From the NCBI GenBank assembly GCA_903813345.2, contig CAIIXF020000001.1, forward strand, positions 24,738,001 to 24,802,000: a stretch of 64,000 nucleotides of DNA. The letters are read 5' to 3'. A program made the translations under genes and the position numbers. This DNA comes from Owenia fusiformis. Lineage: Eukaryota. This document shows, one piece after another, positions 53,201-64,000 of this stretch (positions are counted from its first letter, which is position 1; each line of letters starts with the position of its first letter). The notes below the pieces were generated by a model. The model did no database searches. It was not told where the DNA came from and saw only the letters and a list, made by a program, of their open reading frames with translations.

Positions 53201-56200
53201 CTACGGCAGATACTACAGCAGCTGATGCTACAAGTACAGTGGCTGACACAACTACAGCTGATGCTACAACAACAGTTGCTGATGCAACAACGGCTGATGT
53301 TACAACAACAGTAGCTGACACAACTACAGTGGCTGATGCAACTTCGGCAGATACAACAGCAGCTGATGCTACAACTACAGTGGCTGACACAACTCCAGCT
53401 GATGCTACAACAACAGTTGCTGATGCAACAACGGCTGATGTTACAACAACACTTGCTGACATAACTACAGTGGCTGATGCAACTACGGCAGATACTACAG
53501 CAGCTGATGCTACAACTACAGTGGCTGACACAACTACAGCTGATGCTACAACAACAGTTGCTGATGCAACAACGGCTGATGTTACAACAACAGTAGCTGA
53601 CACAACTACAGTGGCTGATGCAACTACGGCAGATACTACAGCAGCTGATGCTACAACTACAGTGGCTGACACAACTACAGCTGATGCTACAACAACAGTT
53701 GCTGATGCAACAACGGCTGATGTTACAACAACAGTAGCTGACACAACTACAGTGGCTGATGCGACTACGGCAGATACTACAGCAGCTGATGCTACAACTA
53801 CAGTGGCTGACACAACTACAGCTGATGCTACAACAACAGTTGCTGATGCAACAACGGCTGATGCTACAACAACAGTTGGTGACACAACTACAGAGGCTGA
53901 CGCAACTACGGCAGATACTACAGCAGCTGATGCTACAAGTACAGTGGCAGACACAACTACAGCTGATGCTACAGCAACAGTTGCTGGTGCAACAACGGCT
54001 GATGTTACAACAACAGTAGCTGACACAACTATAGTGGCTGACGCAACAACGGCAGATAATACAGCAGCTGATGCTACAACTACAGTGGCTGACACAACTG
54101 CAGCTGATGCTACAACAACAGTTGCTGATGCAACAACGGCTGATGTTACAACAACAGTTGCTGACACAACTACAGTGGCTGACGCAACTACGGCAGATAC
54201 TACAGCAGCTGATGCTACATCTACAGTGGCTGACACAACTGCAGCTGATGCTAAAACAACAGCAGCTGATGCTACAATTACAGTGGCTGACACAACTACA
54301 GCTGATGCTACAACAACAGTTGCTGATGCAACAACGGTTGATGTTACAACAACAGTTGCTGACAGAACAACGGTGGCTGACGCAACTACGGCAGATACTA
54401 CAGCAGCTGATGCTACAAGTACAGTGGTTGACACAACTACAGCTGATGCTACAGCAACAGTTGCTGATGCAACAACGGCTGATGTTACAACAACAGTTGC
54501 TGACACAACTACAGTGGCTGACGCAACTACGGCAGATACTACAGCAGCTGATGCTACAAGTACAGTGGCTGACACAACTACAGCTGATGCTACAACAACA
54601 GTTGCTGATGCAACAACGGCTGATGTTACAACAACAGTAGCTGACACAACTACAGTGGCTGATGCAACTTCGGCAGATACAACAGCAGCTGATGCTACAA
54701 CTACAGTGGCTGACACAACTACAGCTGATGCTACAACAACAGTTGCTGATGCAACAACGGCTGATGTTACAACAACACTTGCTGACACAACTACAGTGGC
54801 TGATGCAACTACGGCAGATACTACAGCAGCTGATGCTACAACTACAGTGGCTGACACAACTACAGCTGATGCTACAACAACAGTTGCTGATGCAACAACG
54901 GCTGATGTTACAACAACAGTAGCTGACACAACTACAGTGGCTGATGCGACTACGGCAGATACTACAGAAGCTGATGCTACAACTACAGTGGCTGACACAA
55001 CTACAGCTGATGCTACAACAACAGTTGCTGATGCAACAACGGCTGATGCTACAACAACAGTTGGTGACACAACTACAGAGGCTGACGCAACTACGGCAGA
55101 TACTACAGCAGCTGATGCTACAAGTACAGTGGCAGACACAACTACAGCTGATGCTACAGCAACAGTTGCTGGTGCAACAACGGCTGATGTTACAACAACA
55201 CTTGCTGACACAACTACAGTGGCTGATGCAACTACGGCAGATACTACAGCAGCTGATAATACAACTACAGTGGCTGACACAACTACAGCTGATGCTACAA
55301 CAACAGTTGCTGATGCAACAACGGCTGATGATACAACAACAGTAGCTGACACAACTTCAGTGGCTGACGCAACTACGGCAGATACTACAGCAGCTGATGC
55401 TACAAGTACAGTGGCAAACACAACTACAGCTGATGCTACAGCAACAGTTGCTGGTGCAACAACGGCTGATGTTACAACAACAGTAGCTGACACAACTATA
55501 GTGGCTGACGCAACTACGGCAGATAATACAGCAGCTGATGCTACAACTACAGTGGCTGACACAACTGCAGCTGATGCTACAACAACAGTTGCTGATGCAA
55601 CTACAGTGGCTGACGCAACTACGGCAGATACTACAGCAGCTGATGCTACATCTACAGTGGCTGACACAACTGCAGCTGATGCTACAACAACAGTGGCTGA
55701 CACAACTACAGTGGCTGACGCAACTACGGTAGATACTACAGCAGCTGATGCTACAACTACAGTGGCTGACACAACTGCAGCTGATGCTACAACAACAGTT
55801 GCTGATGCAACAACGGCTGATGTTACAACAGTTGCTGAAACAACTACAGTGGCTGACGCAACTACGGCAGATACTACAGCAGCTGATGCTACAATTACAG
55901 TGGCTGACACAACTACAGCTGATGCTACAACAACAGTTGCTGATGCAACAACGGCTGATGTTACAACAACAGTTGCTGACAGAACAACGGTGGCTGACGC
56001 AACTACGGCAGATACTACAGCAGCTGATGCTACAAGTACAGTGGTTGACACAACTACAGCTGATGCTACAGCAACAGTTGCTGATGCAACAACGGCTGAT
56101 GTTACAACAACAGTTGCTGACACAACTACAGTGGCTGACGCAACTACGGCAGATACTACAGCAGCTGATGCTACAAGTACAGTGGCTGACACAACTACAG

Positions 56201-59200
56201 CTGATGCTACAACAACAGTTGCTGATGCAACAACGGCTGATGTTACAACAACACTTGCTGACACAACTACAGTGGCTGACGCAACTACGGTAGATACTAC
56301 AGCTGCTGATGCTACAACTACAGTGGCTGACACAACTGCAGCTGATGCTACAACAACAGTTGCTGATGCAACAACGGCTGATGTTACAACAGTTGCTGAA
56401 ACAACTACAGTGGCTGACGCAACTACGGCAGATACTACAGCAGCTGATGCTACAATTACAGTGGCTGACACAACTACAGCTGATGCTACAACAACAGTTG
56501 CTGATGCAACAACGGCTGATGTTACAACAACAGTTGCTGACAGAACAACGGTGGCTGACGCAACTACGGCAGATTCTACAGCAGCTGATGCTACAAGTAC
56601 AGTGGTTGACACAACTACAGCTGATGCTACAGCAACAGTTACTGATGCAACAACGGCTGATGTTACAACATCAGTTGCTGACACAACTACAGTGGCTGAC
56701 ACAACTACGGCAGATACTACAGCAGCTGATGCTACAAGTACAGTGGCTGACACAACTACAGCTGATGCTACAGCAACAGTTGCTGCTGATGCTACAACTA
56801 CAGTGGTTGACACAACTGCAGCTGATGCTACAACAACAGTTGCTGATGGAACAACGGCTGATGTTACAACAACAGTTGCTGACACAACTACAGTGGCTGA
56901 CGCAACTACTGCAGATACTACAGCAGCTGATGCTATAAGTACAGTGGCTGACACAACTGCAGCTGATGCTACAACAACAGTTGCTGATGCAACAACGGCT
57001 GATGTTACAACAACAGTTGCTGACACAACTACAGTGGCTGACGCAACTTCGGCAGATACAACAGTAGCTGATGCTACAACTACAGTGGCTGACACAACTA
57101 CAGCTGATGTTACAACAACAGTTGCTGATGCAACAACGGCTGATGCTACAACAACAGTTGCTGGTGCAACAACGGCTGATGTTACAACAACAGTAGCTGA
57201 CACAACTATAGTGGCTGACGCAACTACGGCAGATAATACAGCAGCTGATGCTACAACTACAGTGGCTGACACAACAGCAGATGATGCTACAACAACAGTT
57301 GCTGATGCAACAACGGCTGATGTTACAACAACAGTTGCTGACACAACTACAGTGGCTGACGCAACTACGGCAGATACTACAGCAGCTGATGCTACATCTA
57401 CAGTGGCTGACACAACTGCAGCTGATGCTACAACAACAGTGGCTGACACAACTACAGTGGCTGACGCAACTACGGTAGATACTACAGCAGCTGATGCTAC
57501 AACTACAGTGGCTGACACAACTGCAGCTGATGCTACAACAACAGTTGCTGATGCAACAACGGCTGATGTTACAACAGTTGCTGAAACAACTACAGTGGCT
57601 GACGCAACTACGGCAGATACTACAGCAGCTGATGCTACAATTACAGTGGCTGACACAACTACAGCTGATGCTACAACAACAGTTGCTGATGCAACAACGG
57701 CTGATGTTACAACAACAGTTGCTGACAGAACAACGGTGGCTGACGCAACTACGGCAGATACTACAGCAGCTGATGCTACAAGTACAGTGGTTGACACAAC
57801 TACAGCTGATGCTACAGCAACAGTTACTGATGCAACAACGGCTGATGTTACAACAACAGTTGCTGACACAACTACAGTGGCTGACACAACTACGGCAGAT
57901 ACTACAGCAGCTGATGCTACAAGTACAGTGGCTGACACAACTACAGCTGATGCTACAGCAACAGTTGCTGCTGATGCTACAACTACAGTGGTTGACACAA
58001 CTGCAGCTGATGCTACAACAACAGTTGCTGATGGAACAACGGCTGATGTTACAACAACAGTTGCTGACACAACTACAGTGGCTGACGCAACTACTGCAGA
58101 TACTACAGCAGCTGATGCTACAAGTACAGTGGCTGACACAACTGCAGCTGATGCTACAACAACAGTTGCTGATGCAACAACGGCTGATGTTACAACAACA
58201 GTGGCCGACACAACTACAGTGGCTGACGCAACTACGGCAGATACTACAGCAGCTGATGCTACAAGTACAGTGGCTGACACAACTACAGCTGATGCTACAG
58301 CAACAGTTACTGATGCAACAACGGCTGATGTTACAACAACAGTTGCTGACACAACTACAGTGGCTGACGCAACTTCGGCAGATACAACAGTAGCTGATGC
58401 TACAACTACAGTGGCTGACACAACTACAGCTGATGTTACAACAACAGTTGCTGATGCAACAACGGCTGATGCTACAACAACAGTTGCTGATGCAACAACG
58501 GCTGATGTTACAACAACAGTAGCTGACACAACTACAGTGGCTGACGCAACTACGGCAGATACTACAGCAGCTGATGCTACAAGTACAGTGGCTGACACAA
58601 CTACAGCTGATGCTACAGCAACAGTTGCTGCTGATGCTACAACAACAGTGGCTGACACAACTACAGTGGCTGACGCAACTACGGTAGATACTACAGCAGC
58701 TGATGCTACAACTACAGTGGCTGACACAACTGCAGCTGATGCTACAACAACAGTTGCTGATGCAACAACGGCTGATGTTACAACAGTTGCTGAAACAACT
58801 ACAGTGGCTGACGCAACTACGGCAGATACTACAGCAGCTGATGCTACAAGTACAGTGGCTGACACAACTAAAGCTGATGCTACAGCAACAGTTGCTGATG
58901 CAACAACGGCTGATGTTACAACAACAGTAGCTGACATAACTACAGTGGCTGACGCAACTACGGCAGATACTACAGCAGCTGATGCTACAACTACAGTGGC
59001 TGACACAACTGCAGCTGATGCTACAACTACAGTGGCTGACACAACTGCAGCTGATGCTACAACAACAGTTGCTGATGCAACAACGGCTGATGTTACAACA
59101 ACAGTTTCTGACACAACTACAGTGGCTGACGCAACTACGGCAGATACTACAGCAGCTGATGCTACAACTACAGTGGCTGACACAACTGCAGCTGATGCTA

Positions 59201-62200
59201 CAACAACAGTTGCTCATGCAATAACGGCTGATGTTACAACAACAGTTGCTGACACAACTACAGTGGCTGACACAACTACGGCAGATACTACAGCAGCTGA
59301 TGCTACAAGTACAGTGGCTGACACAACTACAGCTGATACTACAACAACAGTTGCTGATGCAACAACGGCTGATGTTACAACAACAGTAGCTGACACAACT
59401 ACAGTGGCTGATGCGACTACGGCAGATACTACAGGAGCTGATGCTACAACTACAGTGGCTGACACAACTACAGCTGATGCTACAACAACAGTTGCTGATG
59501 CAACAACGGCTGATGCTACAACAGCAGTTACTGACACAACTACAGTGGCTGACGCAACTACGGCAGATACTACAGCAGCTGATGCTACAAGTACAGTGGC
59601 TGACACAACTACCGCTGATGCTACAGCAACAGTTGCTGATGCAACAACGGCTGATGTTACAACAACAGTAGCAGAGACAACTACAGTGGCTGACGCAACT
59701 ACGGCAGATACTACAGCAGCTGATGCTACAACTACAGTGGCTGACACACCTACAGCTGATGCTACAACAACAGTTGCTGATGCCACAACGGCTGATGTTA
59801 CAACAACAGTTGCTGACACAACTACAGTGGCTGACGCAACTACTGCAGATACTACAGCAGCTGATGCTACAAGTACAATGGCTGACACAACTACAGCTGA
59901 TGCTACAACAACAGTTGCTGATGCAACAACGGCTGATGTTACAACAACAGTAGCTGACACAACTACAGTGGCTGACGCAACTACGGCAGATACTACAGCA
60001 GCTGATGCTACAACTACAGTGGCTGACACAACTACAGCTGATGCTACAACAACAGTTGCTGATGCAACAACGGCTGATGTTACAACCACAGTTGCTGACA
60101 CAACTACAGTGGTTGACGCAACTACGGCAGATACTACAGCAGCTGATGCTACAACTACATTGGCTGACACAACTGCAGCTGATGCTACAACAACAGTTGC
60201 TGATGCAACATCGGCTGATGTTACAACAACAGTAGCTGACATAACTACAGTGGCTGATGGAACTACGGCAGATACTACAGCAGCTGATGCTACAACTACA
60301 GTGGCTGACACAACTGCAGCTGATGCTACAACTACAGTGGCTGACACAACTGCAGCTGATGCTACAACAACAGTTGCTGATGCAACAACGCCTGATGTTA
60401 CAACAACAGTTTCTGACACAACTACAGTGGCTGATGCAACTACGGCAGATACTACAGCAGCTGATGCTACAACTACAGTGGCTGACACAACTACAGCTGA
60501 TGCTACAACAACAGTTGCTGATGCAACAACGGCTGATGTTACAACAACACTAGCTGACACAACTACAGTGGCTGACGCAACTACGGCAGATAGGTCAGCA
60601 GCTGATAATACAACTACAGTGGCTGACACAACTACAGCTGATGCTACAACAACAGTTGCTGATGCAACAACGGCTGATGTTACAACAACAGTAGCAGACA
60701 CAACTACAGTGGCTGAAGCAACTACGGCAGATACTACAGCAGCTGATGCTACAACTACAGTGGCTGACACACCTACAGCTGATGCTACAACAACAGTTGC
60801 TGATGCAACAACGGCTGATGTTACAACAACAGTTGCTGACACAACAACAGTGGCTGACGCAACTACGGCAGATACTACAGCAGCTGATGCTACAAGTACA
60901 GTGGCTGACACAACTACAGCTGATGCTACAGCAACAGTTACTGATGCAACAACGGCTGATGTTACAACAACAGTTGCTGACACAACTACAGAGGTTGACT
61001 CAACTACGGCAGATACTACAGCAGCTGATGCTACAACTACAGTGGCTGACACAACTGCAGCTGATGCTACAACAACAGTTGCTGATGCAACATCGGCTGA
61101 TGTTACAACAACAGTAGCTGACATAACTACAGTGGCTGATGCAACTACGGCAGATACTACAGCAGCTGATGCTACAACTACAGTGGCTGACACAACTGCA
61201 GCTGATGCTACAACTACAGTGGCTGACACAACTGCAGCTGATGCTACAACAACAGTTGCTGATGCAACAACGCCTGATGTTACAACAACAGTTTCTGACA
61301 CAACTACAGTGGCTGATGCAACTACGGCAGATACTACAGCAGCTGATGCTACAACTACAGTGGCTGACACAACTACAGCTGATGCTACAACAACAGTTGC
61401 TGATGCAACAACGGCTGATGTTACAACAACACTATCTGACACAACTACAGTGGCTGACGCAACTACGGCAGATACTACAGCAGCTGATAATACAACTACA
61501 GTGGCTGACACAACTACAGCTGATGCTACAACAACAGTTGCTGATGGAACAACGGCTGATGTTACAACAACAGTTGCTGACACAACTACAGTGGCTGACG
61601 CAACTACTGCAGATACTACAGCAGCTGATGCTACAAGTACAGTGGCTGACACAACTGCAGCTGATGCTACAACAACAGCTGCTGATGCAACAACGGCTGA
61701 TGTTACAACAACAGTGGCTGACACAACTACAGTGGCTGACGCAACTACGGCAGATAGGTCAGCAGCTGATAATACAACTACAGTGGCTGACACAACTACA
61801 GCTGATGCTACAACAACAGTTGCTGATGCAACAACGGCTGATGTTACAACAACAGTAGCAGACACAACTACAGTGGCTGAAGCAACTACGGCAGATACTA
61901 CAGCAGCTGATGCTACAACTACAGTGGCTGACACACCTACAGCTGATGCTACAACAACAGTTGCTGATGCAACAACGGCTGATGTTACAACAACAGTTGC
62001 TGACACAACAACAGTGGCTGACGCAACTACGGCAGATACTACAGCAGCTGATGCTACAAGTACAGTGGCTGACACAACTACAGCTGATGCTACAGCAACA
62101 GTTACTGATGCAACAACGGCTGATGTTACAACAACAGTTGCTGACACAACTACAGAGGTTGACTCAACTACGGCAGATACTACAGCAGCTGATGCTACAA

Positions 62201-64000
62201 CTACAGTGGCTGACACAACTGCAGCTGATGCTACAACAACAGTTGCTGATGCAACATCGGCTGATGTTACAACAACAGTAGCTGACATAACTACAGTGGC
62301 TGATGCAACTACGGCAGATACTACAGCAGCTGATGCTACAACTACAGTGGCTGACACAACTGCAGCTGATGCTACAACTACAGTGGCTGACACAACTGCA
62401 GCTGATGCTACAACAACAGTTGCTGATGCAACAACGCCTGATGTTACAACAACAGTTTCTGACACAACTACAGTGGCTGATGCAACTACGGCAGATACTA
62501 CAGCAGCTGATGCTACAACTACAGTGGCTGACACAACTACAGCTGATGCTACAACAGCAGTTGCTGATGCAACAACGGCTGATGTTACAACAACACTATC
62601 TGACACAACTACAGTGGCTGACGCAACTACGGCAGATACTACAGCAGCTGATAATACAACTACAGTGCCTGACACAACTACAGCTGATGCTACAACAACA
62701 GTTGCTGATGCAACAACGGCTGATGATACAACAACAGTAGCTGACACAACTACAGTGGCTGACGCAACTACGGCAGATACTACAGCAGCTGATGCTACAA
62801 CTACAGTGGCTGACACAACTACAGCTGATGCTACAACAACAGTTGCTGATGCAACAACGGCTGATGTTACAACAACAGTTGCTGACACAACTACAGAGGT
62901 TGACGCAACTACGGCAGATACTATAGCAGCTGATGCTACAACTACAGTGGCTGACACAACTGCAGCTGATGCTACAACAACAGTTGCTGATGCAACAACG
63001 GCTGACACTACAACTACAGTGGTTGACACAACTGCAGCTGATGCTACAACAACAGTTGCTGATGGAACAACGGCTGATGTTACAACAACAGTTGCTGACA
63101 CAACTACAGTGGCTGACGCAACTACTGCAGATACTACAGCAGCTGATGCTACAACTACAGTGGCTGACACACCTACAGCTGATGCTACAACAACAGTTGC
63201 TGATGCAACAACGGCTGATGTTACAACAACAGTTGCTGACACAACAACAGTGGCTGACGCAACTACGGCAGATACTACAGCAGCTGATGCTACAAGTACA
63301 GTGGCTGACACAACTACAGCTGATGCTACAGCAACAGTTACTGATGCAACAACGGCTGATGTTACAACAACAGTTGCTGACACAACAACAGTGGCTGACG
63401 CAACTACGGCAGATACTACAGCAGCTGATGCTACAAGTACAGTGGCTGACACAACTACAGCTGATGCTACAGCAACAGTTACTGATGCAACAACGGCTGA
63501 TGTTACAACAACAGTTGCTGACACAACAACAGTTGCTGACACAACTACAGTGGCTGACGCAACTACGGCAGATACTACAGCAGCTGATGCTACAAGTACA
63601 GTTGCTGACACAACTACAGCTGATGCTACAACAACAGTTGCTGATGCAACAACTGCTGATGTTACAACAACAGTAGCTGATACAACTACAGTCACTAACA
63701 CAAATACGGCAGTTACTACAGCAGCTGATGCTACAACTACAGTGGATGACACAACTACAGCTGATGCTAGAACAACAGTTGCTGATGCAACAACGGCTGA
63801 TGTTACAACAACAGTAGCTGACACAACTACAGTGGCTGACGCAACTACGGCAGATACTACAGCAGCTGATGCTACAACTACAGTGGTTGACACAACTGCA
63901 GCTGATGCTACAACAACAGTTGCTGATGCAACAACGGCTGATGTTGCAAAAACAGTAGATGACATAACTACAGTGGCTGACGCAACTACGGCAGATACTA
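32132..64000 (+). CDS. Giant coding exon C (3'-truncated by the window): Ca-binding EGF domain followed by >10,500 aa of Thr/Ala/Asp/Val repeat
   Basis: Frame +1 reads (D)VDECIESIDTC...CKDDAATTVVDPTRVDSSTTADTATT... and is still in the same frame at 63961 (GAC ATA ACT ACA GTG GCT). All SATVVV-type antisense shadow ORFs keep one register across the exon (no frameshift), and the track lists no stop-terminated ORF in this frame. Confidence 0.92.
32320..64000 (+). repeat. Coding tandem array C; same 141-bp / 47-aa consensus as array A
   Basis: Same sub-repeats and position-specific codons as array A; degenerate over ~32320-34000, very homogeneous downstream; 282-bp (two-unit) offsets visible (shadow ORFs at 50321 and 50603). 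Confidence 0.95.

Noticed and set aside
400-63676. Dozens of + strand MLQQQLLMQQRL-type ORFs
   Set aside because: Off-frame readings of the repeat (gATGct, acaACAaca), broken wherever GTA/ATA variants create TAG/TAA; no independent coding evidence.
1544-63965. Very long - strand SATVVVASAAVV ORFs (up to 5,182 aa) and Cys/Ser-rich ORFs
   Set aside because: Antisense shadows of a low-complexity repeat. They are interrupted by stops while the + frame is not, and only the + frame links to SEA/EGF domains and splice sites.
1-64000. CRISPR array or non-coding satellite
   Set aside because: No constant repeat with unique spacers; strict codon periodicity and in-frame fusion to protein domains.
1-64000. 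Assigning a gene symbol (MUC16, MUC17, MUC22, UMODL1, HEG1) or antifreeze glycoprotein identity
   Set aside because: Resemblance is limited to composition and generic domains; the repeat is not (AAT)n and orthology cannot be shown from this window.

Overview
Eukaryotic DNA, probably from an invertebrate animal (GT-AG introns, AT-rich intron with many repeats); the host cannot be named from sequence alone. The window is an internal segment of one very large + strand mucin-like gene, open at both ends. Exon A (<1-19679, frame +3) encodes ~6,500 aa of a Thr/Ala/Asp/Val repeat (47 aa / 141 bp unit) and ends in the N-half of a SEA domain. After a 125-bp intron, exon B (19805-20024) completes the SEA domain with an FSSG/SIL autoproteolysis-type motif. 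After a 12.1-kb intron, exon C (32132->64000, frame +1) starts with a calcium-binding EGF domain and runs into more than 10,500 aa of the same repeat; it is missing from the ORF track, apparently because it never reaches a stop. The splice phases (0, then 1) join the three exons into more than 17,200 uninterrupted codons. The large intron holds several mobile-element remnants. The most notable is a 1,982-bp element (20069-22050) with perfect 26-bp TIRs starting with an RSS-like heptamer (CACGGTG), a 5-bp target-site duplication and a decayed RAG1-N-terminal/Chapa-type zinc-finger region, i.e. a candidate RAG-like/Transib/Chapaev-related transposon relic. The many Q/L-rich, S/A/V-rich and C/S-rich ORFs in the track are alternative-frame shadows of the repeat.
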